From Planctomycetota bacterium (GTDB taxonomy: Bacteria > Planctomycetota > Phycisphaerae > Phycisphaerales > SM1A02), in NCBI GenBank assembly GCA_027622195.1, contig JAQBZO010000005.1, positions 18,861-82,860 on the forward strand: 64,000 bases of DNA, read 5' to 3'. The notes below the pieces were generated by a model. It ran no database searches. It was given only the letters and a program-made list of their open reading frames with translations, and was not told the origin of the DNA. Shown here piece after piece: positions 1 through 10,668 of the stretch (positions within the stretch are counted from its first letter, which is position 1; every line of letters starts with the position of its first letter). The translations under genes and the position numbers were made by a program.

Positions 1-600
1 TGAGAATCCACCCTCTGGTCCTACAAAGAGAACGATCGGAGCGTCGTCGATCTCGATGACTCTCTCCAGTGGATCGCCCGCTGAATCAAGGATGATCGCG
101 CGCGATCCGTTCTCCATGACCTTTTGAACGCATGCCAGTGGAGTTTGCTCGGGTCGCAGGCGAGGTATGTAGGCACTGCGGCTTTGCTTGCTTCCTTCCA
201 GCAAGATGCGCTCAAACCGCACCCGAAGGTGATCGGTCATCGTCACCACACTGTGCGCGCACTTCAGTGGGATGCACCCTTCAATTCCGAGTGGTCCGAG
301 CGATTCGAGCAGCGTGGCACTTCGATCGCCTTTGGGAATCGCCGTCGCGATGACGACTGATCGTCCAAGGCGCGCTTGAAGCGTGGGCGGATTGAGATCA
401 ACGCCAATGCGACCCTCGGCATCGTGTGAATCAGTCAGGAATCCGCTCGCGACCCATCCATCCCCATCTGAAAAAGTCACGGCATCCCCTGCACGGAGCC
501 GCCGCGAACCAGCGACGTGCCGAGTCTCGTCGCCATTCAACCAAACACGACCTCCTGCACGAGGAAGAGGAGCATGATGAAACCACGGTGCGTCAGTCAT
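1..600 (-). CDS. rsmE: 16S rRNA m3U1498 methyltransferase RsmE (3' end runs off the window)
   Basis: Not in ORF track. ATG at 600 overlaps the rsmJ stop (ATGA); manual translation MTDAPWF...RHVAGSRRLRAGD...AIPKGDR...EGSKQSR...LFVGPEGGFS carries the RsmE GPEGG motif. Confidence 0.9.
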   Translation of the reverse strand, partial: MTDAPWFHHAPLPRAGGRVWLNGDETRHVAGSRRLRAGDAVTFSDGDGWVASGFLTDSHDAEGRIGVDLNPPTLQARLGRSVVIATAIPKGDRSATLLESLGPLGIEGCIPLKCAHSVVTMTDHLRVRFERILLEGSKQSRSAYIPRLRPEQTPLACVQKVMENGSRAIILDSAGDPLERVIEIDDAPIVLFVGPEGGFS

Positions 601-1238
601 CTTGTATCCATCGGGAGATAGAGATCGTATCGCACCAGTTTGGATGGAAATTGCGCATTGACATGGCCACTCAGAGGCGGAGCACGATGAGGTCGACGCA
701 CCACAACGCGCCGAGCGCCCGACTGCATCGCCGCTGCGAACAACGCGTCGGTGTCAGCATCATCTCCCACCGCAGCACGGACGAGCCGAATATCTCGTGG
801 AGGAAGTGCGCTCGATTCACAGTGTGGATACATGGGATCGAGAGAGACGACACTTGCACCTGAATCAGCGCGCCACTTCGACACCACTTCGATCGCATCC
901 GCATGAATCAATTCAATGCGAGAGGCGATGTCGGCAATCGCAGGATCTTGAAGCGCACGGTCGAGGGCATCGCGTGTGACGCGGACCATATCAATCGATC
1001 GTTCCAATGCGATGATGCGACGTCCTGTTGCGGCGAGAAGCCATGCGTCCCAACAGAGTCCAGCCGTTGCATCGATAATCGTGTCGGCACTCCGTCCCAC
1101 TGCTTTGACGAGTGGATGGTGCGCAAGTCCCTTCAGTTGAAAGGTCGAGAAATCAACCACAACGCCGCTGCCTGAAGGCTCTTCTTCAAGCCTCAATTCA
1201 ACTCGTCCATCCACTGAAAATGCTGCGGCACGCTGCAT
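597..1238 (-). CDS. rsmJ: RsmJ/YhiQ-like SAM-dependent 16S rRNA methyltransferase
   Basis: IIDATAGLCWDA, LERS, LDPMYP, RVVVRRP, VRYDLY motifs typical of RsmJ. Confidence 0.8.
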   Translation of the reverse strand: MQRAAAFSVDGRVELRLEEEPSGSGVVVDFSTFQLKGLAHHPLVKAVGRSADTIIDATAGLCWDAWLLAATGRRIIALERSIDMVRVTRDALDRALQDPAIADIASRIELIHADAIEVVSKWRADSGASVVSLDPMYPHCESSALPPRDIRLVRAAVGDDADTDALFAAAMQSGARRVVVRRPHRAPPLSGHVNAQFPSKLVRYDLYLPMDTR

Positions 1239-1285
1239 GGGAGCACGGTATCCGCCGCAGCGGACTGCCGTACAATCGCCCGACT

Positions 1286-2659
1286 ATGCCTGCTCCAGTC
1301 CACCAGTCCATTCTCGAAATGATTGGGAACACGCCGATGCTGCGCCTTTCGCGGCTGGATACTGGTTGCTGCGAGTTGTATGTCAAACTCGAAAGCCAGA
1401 ATCCTGGTTCGAGCATCAAGGATCGAATCGCTCTCTCGATGATCGATCAAGCTGAGCGCGACGGACGACTGAAACCTGGCGGACTCATCGTCGAGGCGAC
1501 GGCTGGAAACACGGGTATTGCGCTCGCCCTTGTCGCCGCCGTGCGCGGATACAAACTCACCGTCGTGATGCCCGACAAGATGAGCGAAGAGAAGGTTTCA
1601 CACCTCCGCGCCATGGGAGCGGCTGTCGTCCAGACGCGCAGCGATGTCGCGAAGGGGCATCCCGAGTATTACCAAGATGTCGCAGAGCGACTCGCACGCG
1701 AAGTCGGTGGTTTCTATGTGAATCAATTCTCGAATCCTGCCAATGTCGAGGCGCACTACACGACGACGGGGCCGGAAATCTGGGATCAAATGGATGGGCG
1801 AGTCGATGCATTCGTCGCCGGCGTCGGATCGGGCGGAACGATCGCTGGCATTGGGAGATATCTACGAGAGAAGAATCCGAATGTGGAGATCATCTTGGCA
1901 GACCCCATAGGAAGCATCTTGGCTCCCCTTGTGAATGAGGGCAAACAAGTCACCGCAGGATCGTGGCTCGTCGAGGGGATCGGCGAGGGTTTTGTGCCGA
2001 GCATCTTAGATCTCAGCATTGTCGACTCTGCGATCGCCGTCTCAGACGCTGACGCGTTCAAGACGGTGCGCGATCTGCTCAAGAATGAGGCGATTCTCGC
2101 AGGATCAAGCGTCGGCGTGCTGCTCTTTGCCGCACTTCAATACTGCCGATCACAGAAGTCGCCGAAGCGAGTCGTCACTTTGATTTGCGACAGCGGTGCG
2201 AAGTATCTCTCAAAGATGTACAACGATTGGTGGTTGCACGATCAAGGGATGCTTGCGCGTGAGACAACGGGTGATCTGCGCGACCTCATTGTTCGACGCC
2301 ACCAGCAGCGCGAAGACTTTTGCCTCATGCCGCATGTTCCCCTCAACCAAGCCATCAAACGGATGCAGTCCTCGTCGGTCAGCCAGATGGCGGTCCTCGA
2401 TGAACACGATCAACTCGTCGGTGTCATGGATGAGAGTGACATTTTGCTCGCGTTGCTCCATAATCCCAAGGCAGCGACTGATCCAGTCAGCGGGTTCATG
2501 TCCACGCGCGTCAAGACGGTGGCTCCGACAGCATCGATCGCTGACATCCACACCATTTTGCGCGCTGATATGGTGGTAATGGTGCAGGATGGAACCAAGT
2601 ATCTCGGGCTCATCACGAAGATGGACCTTATCCATCACCTGCGCCGACAAGCCTCTTGA
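1286..2659 (+). CDS. cbs: Cystathionine beta-synthase (PLP domain + C-terminal CBS pair)
   Basis: IGNTP, KLESQNPGSSIKDR, EATAGNTG, GVGSGGT, KYLSK; C-terminal tandem CBS domains; start set at ATG 1286. Confidence 0.9.
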   Translation: MPAPVHQSILEMIGNTPMLRLSRLDTGCCELYVKLESQNPGSSIKDRIALSMIDQAERDGRLKPGGLIVEATAGNTGIALALVAAVRGYKLTVVMPDKMSEEKVSHLRAMGAAVVQTRSDVAKGHPEYYQDVAERLAREVGGFYVNQFSNPANVEAHYTTTGPEIWDQMDGRVDAFVAGVGSGGTIAGIGRYLREKNPNVEIILADPIGSILAPLVNEGKQVTAGSWLVEGIGEGFVPSILDLSIVDSAIAVSDADAFKTVRDLLKNEAILAGSSVGVLLFAALQYCRSQKSPKRVVTLICDSGAKYLSKMYNDWWLHDQGMLARETTGDLRDLIVRRHQQREDFCLMPHVPLNQAIKRMQSSSVSQMAVLDEHDQLVGVMDESDILLALLHNPKAATDPVSGFMSTRVKTVAPTASIADIHTILRADMVVMVQDGTKYLGLITKMDLIHHLRRQAS

Positions 2660-2682
2660 ATCCATCGAAACAAAGGACAACC

Positions 2683-3891
2683 ATGTCGTCTCACGAACCA
2701 CTGCACATCTCGTCGCGCTGCATTCACGGCGGACAGCACCCGGAACCGATGACCGGCGCGGTCATGCCTCCGATTTTTACGTCGAGCACATTTGTGCAGA
2801 AGTCGCCAGGTGTCCACTCTGGATTCGAGTATTCAAGAAGTCATAACGCAACACGATTCGCCTTCGAGCGTTGTCTTGCCAACCTTGAATCGAGTGGACT
2901 GGATGAAGAAACCGAGCGCACTTGCGGTGGATTCGCATTCGCCAGCGGACTGGCCGCAATCGCCACCGCCCTTGAACTCCTCGATGCGGGCGACACGATC
3001 GTTTGCATGGATGACGTGTATGGTGGAACGAATCGGCTCCTCAATCGCGTGCGCGCGCGAACACAGGCTCTCAAGATCATCGTCGTCGATATGAGTGACT
3101 TGAAAGCCCTCGAACAAGCCATCACACAACACAAGCCGAAGATGGTGTGGACTGAAACACCATCCAATCCAATGCTCAAGTTGGTCGACCTTGCTGCCGT
3201 CGCGGCGTTGAGCAAGGCTGCGGGAGCGATCTCGGTGGCCGACAACACATTCGCCACGCCGATTCTTCAGCGTCCTCTCGAACTCGGATTGGACATCGTC
3301 ATGCACTCGACCACGAAGTATGTCGGAGGTCATAGCGATACAGTCGGCGGAGCGTTGATCACGGGACGATCCGATCTCGCTGAGCGATTGCGGTTTCTTC
3401 AGAACGCGATCGGTTCCGTCATGGGGCCATTCGATGCGTACCTCGCACTGCGTGGACTCAAGACGCTCGCCCTTCGGATGGAGCGGCATTGCCAGAGCGC
3501 GCTGCGCATTGCAACGCACCTTGAGTCACACCCGAAGGTGGCGCGCGTGCTTTACCCAGGACTCAAGAGCCATCCGCATTTCGCCGTGGCGCAGAAACAA
3601 ATGAGATTGGGCACGACTCCTGCAGGTGGAGGAATGATCACCATCGAACTGAAGGGTGGCATCGCAGAGAGCCGCCGATTCCTCGAGACTGTTCACGTTT
3701 TTGCACTCGCTGAAAGTCTCGGAGGCGTTGAAAGTCTCATCGAACACCCCGCCATCATGACCCATGCGAGCGTTCCTGCTGAACAGCGCGCTCAACTTGG
3801 AATCAGCGATTCCCTCGTTCGACTCAGTGTTGGCATTGAAGAGGTCAACGACCTCATCGCTGACCTGAATCGCGGACTCGACGCGATTTAA
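2683..3891 (+). CDS. Cystathionine gamma-lyase/gamma-synthase family PLP enzyme
   Basis: EYSR, FASG, ETPSNP, DNTFATP, HSTTKYVGGHSD, AESLGGVESL, LVRLSVGIE; SD AAGGA before ATG 2683; adjacent to CBS. Confidence 0.9.
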   Translation: MSSHEPLHISSRCIHGGQHPEPMTGAVMPPIFTSSTFVQKSPGVHSGFEYSRSHNATRFAFERCLANLESSGLDEETERTCGGFAFASGLAAIATALELLDAGDTIVCMDDVYGGTNRLLNRVRARTQALKIIVVDMSDLKALEQAITQHKPKMVWTETPSNPMLKLVDLAAVAALSKAAGAISVADNTFATPILQRPLELGLDIVMHSTTKYVGGHSDTVGGALITGRSDLAERLRFLQNAIGSVMGPFDAYLALRGLKTLALRMERHCQSALRIATHLESHPKVARVLYPGLKSHPHFAVAQKQMRLGTTPAGGGMITIELKGGIAESRRFLETVHVFALAESLGGVESLIEHPAIMTHASVPAEQRAQLGISDSLVRLSVGIEEVNDLIADLNRGLDAI

Positions 3892-3900
3892 ATGGCTCCC

Positions 3901-4710
3901 TTACTGCGGCGAGGATTCACTCGCCGAAGGGACCGTCCACGCACCATTTTTCCACGCCGTCGCGGCGGGATTGACCCCCGCAATCACAGCGAGCTGACGC
4001 TCATCCACCCAGACGAGTGGCGCGCGTTGTGTGCGTGCAAGGGCATAACTCCAACGATCATCGGACGACTCGAGTGCGGCAGCAACTCCAACGAGTGCGA
4101 CCTCGATGTCGTGTGCAGAAAGATGAGGACGCGTTCCCTCTCGAAGTCCCTGCATGTCCATGATCAATCGCTTTGGGCCTCCATCAACATCGATGACAAC
4201 GGAGTCAAACGCCTTTCGCGTGGTGGGAACCTTAAGTGCCTCGCTCGCGGAGCCCATGCGGCCAGCTCGAATGTGAGATGCGGCGCCCGCAGCCAGCACG
4301 ATCGACGCGCGAGTGATCTGGGTTGTCTGACCCGATTCCATTTTTTTAGCGCGCATGCGAGCGAGGGCAAGCGCAGCACTCTTGATGCGCGCTCCATCAG
4401 GCGATGATGGATCTTCATTCGCTGCGATTCCAAGAGCGGCACTTCGACCGAAGTGGCTGGGATCCAAGACGCCTGACAAAGCGAACAACTGACGGGCGAG
4501 CGTGGCCTCGGCGGTGGTCGATCCTTCACTCACAATCTCCTCGGCAAGCATGAAGTAGGTGAGCGGCTGATGGGGATCGACTGCGGCAAGGCGATCGGTC
4601 CAACGATCAAGTGGCCCATCAGCGACTCGGCTCGCGGCGAAGGTGAGGACGACGACGAAAAGCGATGCTGCTGCGCAGAGGATAAAGATTCGATGCAAAG
4701 GCAAGATCAT
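3901..4710 (-). CDS. Hypothetical protein, N-terminal signal/TM helix, helical
   Basis: 269 aa ORF; ATGA overlap with upstream gene; hydrophobic N-terminus. Confidence 0.7.
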   Translation of the reverse strand: MILPLHRIFILCAAASLFVVVLTFAASRVADGPLDRWTDRLAAVDPHQPLTYFMLAEEIVSEGSTTAEATLARQLFALSGVLDPSHFGRSAALGIAANEDPSSPDGARIKSAALALARMRAKKMESGQTTQITRASIVLAAGAASHIRAGRMGSASEALKVPTTRKAFDSVVIDVDGGPKRLIMDMQGLREGTRPHLSAHDIEVALVGVAAALESSDDRWSYALARTQRAPLVWVDERQLAVIAGVNPAATAWKNGAWTVPSASESSPQ

Positions 4711-6611
4711 GCTGCACCTCCTCCGCCGCCCTCGAGTTTCATCGAGAGCGATTCAAGCCGCAGGAGTACCGATGCGTCGACAGCAAGTTGATCGAGAATG
4801 GTCGCAGCAGTGGCGCGCTCCTGATCTGCCCGCATGGTCTCAGCGTCAATTCGCTCGATCAACAATGGCCAACGATGGCGAAGTCGCGCCGCACCTGCCT
4901 CCACGAGTGCCCACTGAACGGCTTCGAACCGTTGAGGTGGACCGATGGCAGCACGCATGCGATCACTCAAGTTGCGATCGATCGCCGCTCGCTCATCGAC
5001 ACTCAAGACAGTCGCAACTCGCACGAGCAAGAGAGTCGCCGCTTCTTCCGCGCTCGATGACGATTCGGTGCGCGACTCACTCGCTCCCATCAACGCCGCT
5101 CGATGCGCAATGGTGGCACGCAGCGATTCAGCAAGCCGGTCAACTCTCAGCGATGGAGCTTCGATCGCCGCGATGGCTCGCTCCGACAGCACCTTGGTCG
5201 CCCATTCGCGCCACTGATCATCTGACACATCGATCGATCGGCCGGTGTACGCGCCGATAAACCCTGTGACCTCGCTCGATCGTCGCGCCAGCGGCAATGC
5301 TTCGACAAGGGCAAGCGACATCGTCGGACTCGCTGTGAGTCGATCCAGAATGAGTGTTTGCGCGAGCGTTCTCGATGAGTTGTTCGAATCACTCATCGCC
5401 GCGGACGCGAGCGCTGCCGCGTCCTCTGCACCAATGCGACTTCCAGAAACGACGCGAAAGTTTCCGAGTGCCTTTTCTCTCGACGACGCTGCGCTTCCTG
5501 CCTGCTTGAGTCCAGAAGAAAGAGCGTGATCGGGTGCTTCTTGCACAGGAAGCACGGCTGATACCAACCCCTTTGAAGCATCGTGGGGAATCGAATCGAG
5601 GATGGTTCGAGCGCTGAGCAGATCACGCTCGCCAAAAAGTGTCGCGGACTGAAGGAGCGCGTGAGTCCTCTCGAGGCGCGACATCACCTGTTCCGCTGAA
5701 AGTGCTCCGTCTTTTGTCAACCACGTCGAGTCCGCCGCACTTTGCCACTGGACCATGAACGAAGCGGCTGCACTGTTCTGCGGCGCGGGTGCGGGAATGA
5801 CCGGCGATTCGTTTTTCCTTGCAGTGCCTTCGGTGCGCACAGTCGCGTGCGTCGGAGTCGGAGTCGGAGTCGACACAACAGCGTCTGGTCGATCCTGCTC
5901 TTGCTGCGCAGTGGGTAGCCTCGAGTCGGCCGTCGAAGCGGTCGTTTCTGTGGGCTTCACCTCGATCAATGGTTGCGTCGCAAAGATCACATTCCACGCG
6001 ATCACTCCAGCACCAACGCTGAGTGCAACGGCCAACGCCATGACCGTGGTCGTTGTCCACCGACTTGATGCCGTCATCGGCACCACCACATCAATGCTCG
6101 CCATAAGTCCATCCATCGCTGCGGTTGATGTCGATGGAGCCAAACCCGACGAAGGACGAGCGGCATTCTCTCCCTCACGAGAACCCGCGGCGCGGGCGAG
6201 GATAGACCGCAGTTCGTCAGCGTTGAGTCCCCTTCGCGCCGCCCACGACATGATGTGACGCCGACTTCGATCGTTCCATCCGCGATACCGCTGCAAGATG
6301 GAACGCATCTCTCTGACTTGACGGTCCACCCCTTCGGCTGATCGCGGCGCGTGTGTTTCAGTGGGTGGATTGGGAGAGGCACGCTCGCGAGCCAATGCCG
6401 CACGCATTACTCGGCGCGCCGCTTGCACGATGCGAGTGCGAGCCGCGACTCCAGCCGGCCCCTTTGAGTCGGGGTGTGCTGCGACCTGACGAAGTCTCCA
6501 TTCCGTTGCAGACGAGATGCGTTCTCGCGGCGCCTCGGGCGACACGCCCAGCAATTCATGATCAGTCGCAGTGGGTGAAATCCCGCACAGTTCTGCAATG
6601 TGATCGTTCAT
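4707..6611 (-). CDS. Hypothetical membrane protein with N-terminal J-domain-like segment (HPD), one TM, Pro/Thr linker, helical C-terminal domain
   Basis: ATG 6611 overlaps upstream stop (ATGA); DHELLGVSPEA...AAHPD...RIVQAARRVM; TM VMALAVALSVGAGVIAWNVIF. Confidence 0.7.
   Translation of the reverse strand: MNDHIAELCGISPTATDHELLGVSPEAPRERISSATEWRLRQVAAHPDSKGPAGVAARTRIVQAARRVMRAALARERASPNPPTETHAPRSAEGVDRQVREMRSILQRYRGWNDRSRRHIMSWAARRGLNADELRSILARAAGSREGENAARPSSGLAPSTSTAAMDGLMASIDVVVPMTASSRWTTTTVMALAVALSVGAGVIAWNVIFATQPLIEVKPTETTASTADSRLPTAQQEQDRPDAVVSTPTPTPTHATVRTEGTARKNESPVIPAPAPQNSAAASFMVQWQSAADSTWLTKDGALSAEQVMSRLERTHALLQSATLFGERDLLSARTILDSIPHDASKGLVSAVLPVQEAPDHALSSGLKQAGSAASSREKALGNFRVVSGSRIGAEDAAALASAAMSDSNNSSRTLAQTLILDRLTASPTMSLALVEALPLARRSSEVTGFIGAYTGRSIDVSDDQWREWATKVLSERAIAAIEAPSLRVDRLAESLRATIAHRAALMGASESRTESSSSAEEAATLLLVRVATVLSVDERAAIDRNLSDRMRAAIGPPQRFEAVQWALVEAGAARLRHRWPLLIERIDAETMRADQERATAATILDQLAVDASVLLRLESLSMKLEGGGGGAA
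5851..5872. repeat. Short (GTCGGA)n tandem repeat encoding a TPTPTP linker
   Basis: gtcggagtcggagtcggagtcg read directly. Confidence 0.6.
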
Positions 6612-9145
6612 GGATTCACTCCCACGCCCAGTTTCGTAGCTGCCTCGCGCAACTGCTCTCCAAACGGTGCTGGTCCCCAATTGGGATCGAGTTGTCGATG
6701 CTGCCTGAGCACGTCACTCGCTGCCTTTGGATCGGACACCACCAAGAGATTCACGAGGTCCACCTTAATGCGATACCACTCCACAGTTCCCTGTTGAACT
6801 CCCGCGATTGCTTCGGTGAGTGATTGGATTGCTTCCTTGTGGTGCCCCGTGCGCGCGCCCACCCGTCCACGCCGTTCGAGAACACCTAGTTGCGACGAGT
6901 CGCTGGGAGGAAGTTCTTGAAGCACACTCCACGCCTCAGACCAAGAGGCATCATCGTCGGCGGCGATCAGAATGTCGATGAGCAGCAATGCAGACGCTCC
7001 ACTCTGAGAAGAATCTGCCCTCAGCCTCTCGGCGCGCGCCACAGGAGCAATGGATGCTGCAACATCGGGCGACAACTTCCCGTTGACTGACAACTGCTGC
7101 GCCGCTTCAAGGATCGCAACGTTCGCGACAGACTTCCAGACCGAATCCGCTTGGCTGAGCGCACTCGCAAACTCGATCGCTTCAGCGAGATCACCGCGAA
7201 GTGCAGAGAACTGCGCGCGGCGGCACTGCATCTCTGCGACGAGATCTGGATCCATCACTTCTCCCCCCGCCGTCTGCACACGATTGGCGAAGGCGAGGAG
7301 CCGCGCTGCTCGGTCTTGATCGTTGATCGTCAAGTCGAGAGCGCATTCGAGTTGTCGTCGCACGACGATGTCGATCGCTGATGAATCGGACGAATCAGCG
7401 GGAGGAACAGCCACACCGAGGAGCGCGTGGGCGTGTGCAACACGGGCTTCTCCGGTCGATTGCCTGTAATGCCAATACAGAATGCGAGACAATTCGCGCT
7501 TCGCATCGGACCACGACTCATCGGTCGGAGGGACGGCGCGAAGCGCGCTCACAAACGAAAGGCTCGGCTCACTGCGAGAGCTGCTATCGCTGACGAGAAG
7601 TCCCGCGCTCGTTCCCGCGTTACCGAACTCAGCGAGGTATCTCTTGCGCAGTTCAGTCAGTCGAAGATCCTTCTCGGGGCTCCCCGCCGCGGCCCGTTCG
7701 CGAGAAACGATCGCGAGTCGCAACGCTCGCTCGGCGAGATTCCAAGGAGTGTCGGATGCCTTCTCGAGAATGGGTGCTGCCTCAGCACATTGACCTGATT
7801 CAAGAAGTGACCATCCAAGGGCATATTGAATGCTTCTCGACAGCGGCTCGCTCGAAGTGATCGCAGGATCCAGGAGCAGCGATCGGAATGCAGTGCTTGC
7901 CTGAGCCGCTGCCTCTGCTCGATCCATCGACGAGCGAGCGTCCATTGCCTTCGCCATGTGTTCAGACCCATTCAACAATGTCGCCAGCGCTGGGTTGTGG
8001 TCGAGAGCGGGCTGCGGAATCCTTCCTCGAAGTGATGCCATTCGTTGGAAGTTGAGTTCGCGTGCGAGTGCGAAGAGTGCGTTGGCACCCGCGGCGGACG
8101 CATCGGGAGTTGGATTCCCTTGAAAAGCCTGGGTCGCAGCGATTTCGAGGGCATGTCCAGAGGCAGTTGCCTTCGAGGCGAGTGACGAGACGCGGTTCCA
8201 GTCTGTGGCATCCACGGCGGCGACCATCGTCCACCACGAAGCCCATTTCCGCGCCGACTCAGCAGCGGATTTATGTTGAATGAGAGCCATCCAATCGATC
8301 GCGATGGTGGCGTTTCCGTCAGCGCGCCCTTCGAGCGCACGAACGAGTCCCATTCCCTCAATCGCTGCCGAGTAGTAGTCGCGACCTCGCAAGTCAATAC
8401 TCGCCTCTTCAGGACGGGCGAACGCAGCATCAATATCGAGGACGGCAGCGAAACGACGAGCCACCACATTGAGTGCATCCAACTGCGAAGGCCCTGCCGC
8501 ATTCTCTCGATCGAGCCACGCAAGCCAGTATCCAGACCAAGCCGCGCGAAGACGCGCTTCACCAAGTAACTCTTCGACTTGAGCAAGCGAATTTTCAGCA
8601 TCTACTCGCGTTCGCCCCGACTCGCGAGTGACATCGCGTGCAAGATCGCCTCGTACCTTTTCGAGTCGCGCTTCCGCCTCGCCGGACCACTTCACTGCGT
8701 GACCGAGCAGTTTGCGCGCCCGATTCATTTCTTCGGATGACCCCTGCAGAGACCGCGCTCGTTCGCACACCGCAGCACCTTCTGCGTAATCGCGGCGCGA
8801 GACCGCAATACGAAGCGCGTCTTCCACACTCGGTTCCCACTTGGCGAGACACTGATCAATTCGAGTGCGAAGATCGTCATCAACGCCTCCGCGGCCTTGC
8901 TCGACGAGCTGCACATATCCCTGCGCGAGTCGCTGCGCGCGTTCCGCCTTCAGTCGCTCGGGTCCCGGCGCGGCGAGCTGCGATTCGAGTTCCCCGACTC
9001 GCAAGTGAGCGAGACCGAGGCGATCCACCATCGATTCCCACTGCCGACGCTCGGCTTCGGTGGATTGTCCGTGCACAATGGAACCAACAACCATGGTCAT
9101 GCAGAGCGGCACCAACAGCACGCGCCAATCACTCGGCGGGAACAT
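6608..9145 (-). CDS. Large exported alpha-helical (TPR-like) hypothetical protein
   Basis: Signal-like N-terminus; TPR-like segments such as YALGWSLLESGQCAEAAPILEKA; start at 9145 or 9100. Confidence 0.7.
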   Translation of the reverse strand: MFPPSDWRVLLVPLCMTMVVGSIVHGQSTEAERRQWESMVDRLGLAHLRVGELESQLAAPGPERLKAERAQRLAQGYVQLVEQGRGGVDDDLRTRIDQCLAKWEPSVEDALRIAVSRRDYAEGAAVCERARSLQGSSEEMNRARKLLGHAVKWSGEAEARLEKVRGDLARDVTRESGRTRVDAENSLAQVEELLGEARLRAAWSGYWLAWLDRENAAGPSQLDALNVVARRFAAVLDIDAAFARPEEASIDLRGRDYYSAAIEGMGLVRALEGRADGNATIAIDWMALIQHKSAAESARKWASWWTMVAAVDATDWNRVSSLASKATASGHALEIAATQAFQGNPTPDASAAGANALFALARELNFQRMASLRGRIPQPALDHNPALATLLNGSEHMAKAMDARSSMDRAEAAAQASTAFRSLLLDPAITSSEPLSRSIQYALGWSLLESGQCAEAAPILEKASDTPWNLAERALRLAIVSRERAAAGSPEKDLRLTELRKRYLAEFGNAGTSAGLLVSDSSSRSEPSLSFVSALRAVPPTDESWSDAKRELSRILYWHYRQSTGEARVAHAHALLGVAVPPADSSDSSAIDIVVRRQLECALDLTINDQDRAARLLAFANRVQTAGGEVMDPDLVAEMQCRRAQFSALRGDLAEAIEFASALSQADSVWKSVANVAILEAAQQLSVNGKLSPDVAASIAPVARAERLRADSSQSGASALLLIDILIAADDDASWSEAWSVLQELPPSDSSQLGVLERRGRVGARTGHHKEAIQSLTEAIAGVQQGTVEWYRIKVDLVNLLVVSDPKAASDVLRQHRQLDPNWGPAPFGEQLREAATKLGVGVNP

Positions 9146-9548
9146 AAGACACCTGCTTGAATCCAGCGTCTCCTGCAGCTTGCATCGCCGCGGCGACATC
9201 AGACACCACTGTTCCTGCGTGAACACGTACGAGAAGTCCGGGATCGTGTGGCAATCCCTTGAGCGCGTCTCGCAGCGCCGATTGGTTCGTGTAGTTCATT
9301 ACTCCCAGTCGAAAGACAGCACGCGGCCCATCAGGCAACACATCCACCACTTGCGACTCCAACAATCCCGTCCCCGCCATGCGCTGCGATTGCATACGCA
9401 GTTGGGCCGAGAGTTCGCTTTCTGGATGACCTGTCCCTGTCGTAAAAATGAAGTAGGACAAGAGAAGAAATGTGGCGTCGATCATGCTCGTGAGATTGAG
9501 AACGGCGGCTGCTCGTCCTCGCTTGGCGGCATGTGCAGCAAACTTCAT
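9129..9548 (-). CDS. exbD: ExbD/TolR family protein (second copy)
   Basis: [19 protein letters not shown] with conserved Asp; C-terminal [12 protein letters not shown]. Confidence 0.85.
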   Translation of the reverse strand: MKFAAHAAKRGRAAAVLNLTSMIDATFLLLSYFIFTTGTGHPESELSAQLRMQSQRMAGTGLLESQVVDVLPDGPRAVFRLGVMNYTNQSALRDALKGLPHDPGLLVRVHAGTVVSDVAAAMQAAGDAGFKQVSYVPAE

Positions 9549-9958
9549 GGACGCGCCTCGGGCATGGTGGCGAGGCGAAGCCCTGAGAACCCCGCCTTGC
9601 GCAAAATGTTGGCGACTTGATTCAGTCGCTCGCTCGGAGCACGAAGATCCGCCCGCACGATGGGGATGGCTGTCGGACTCATGATCGCCGCTTCCTCCGC
9701 CATGTTCGTCAATTCCGCAGGACTGACTGCATCTTCTAGCACGATGAATCCGCCTGTTTCATCGACATTCACAACGAGAGCACTCATTGATCTCTGTTCC
9801 GACTTCTCGCCCGCCTCGTGTGGAAGTTCGACGCGCGTTCGAGCGGCCTGCGCCATCTGCGTTGTGGTCAGGAAGAAAATGAGCAGCAAGAAGACAACAT
9901 CCACCATCGGCGTGAGATCGGGACCGCTCGCACCAAAGCGATGGTGGGCAAACTTCAT
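9545..9958 (-). CDS. exbD: ExbD/TolR family protein
   Basis: [38 protein letters not shown]. Confidence 0.9.
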   Translation of the reverse strand: MKFAHHRFGASGPDLTPMVDVVFLLLIFFLTTTQMAQAARTRVELPHEAGEKSEQRSMSALVVNVDETGGFIVLEDAVSPAELTNMAEEAAIMSPTAIPIVRADLRAPSERLNQVANILRKAGFSGLRLATMPEARP

Positions 9959-10668
9959 GGCGCTTGCTCAGTCGGTGTAGTGCGTGCCGCACGGTGTTCA
10001 GTCACGAGCAAGATCCCCTCTGTAATCGAGGCCGCCTCAGTTGCTGCGGATTCGATCTTGGATCGATACCAACTCTGAACAACGAGCACTGGAATCGCGA
10101 CGACGAGTCCTTGAAAAGTCGTGATCAGCGCAATACTGATGTTGTAAGCCAATCGCTCGTAGTAGCCGCTGTCGGCGACCGCTTGTGTGGCGACGGTTTC
10201 AAACGCGCCGATCATTCCTTGCACCGTTCCGAGGAGTCCGAGCAACGGAGCGATTGATGCAATCACACCCAGCGGTTCGACGAGGCGATGCAAGCGCATT
10301 GTTTCAGCTTCGCCGACTTCCTCAGCAGCGTGGCGCGCGTCAAGACCTCCGTACAAACCGAGTGTTGCTCGTTCGAGTGCGGCACCTGCGATTCGAAAGA
10401 CATAGCAATCGTTTTCTGGGTGCTTGCACACTTGAAGTGCGCGACCAAGATCCCCTGCATCCACGAGCGACTTCAATTTCTTGACGCGCTCAGGAGGGAT
10501 GAGCGTGGCCCGCCGCAGTTGAAGTCCCGCGGCAACGGAAAGGGCCATGGCGACGATTGAGCAGAGGACGATGATGCCGCCGATCCATCCTCCGCCCACA
10601 ATGAACTTGATGAGCGCGGAGGTACTGTCTTGAGCGAGAACCATTGTCATTTCGTTCCAACCATTCAT
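9955..10668 (-). CDS. exbB: MotA/TolQ/ExbB proton channel family protein
   Basis: [18 protein letters not shown] and [17 protein letters not shown]. Confidence 0.9.
   Translation of the reverse strand: MNGWNEMTMVLAQDSTSALIKFIVGGGWIGGIIVLCSIVAMALSVAAGLQLRRATLIPPERVKKLKSLVDAGDLGRALQVCKHPENDCYVFRIAGAALERATLGLYGGLDARHAAEEVGEAETMRLHRLVEPLGVIASIAPLLGLLGTVQGMIGAFETVATQAVADSGYYERLAYNISIALITTFQGLVVAIPVLVVQSWYRSKIESAATEAASITEGILLVTEHRAARTTPTEQAP

Noticed and set aside
124..360. Plus-strand 78 aa ORF
   Set aside because: Antisense shadow of rsmE
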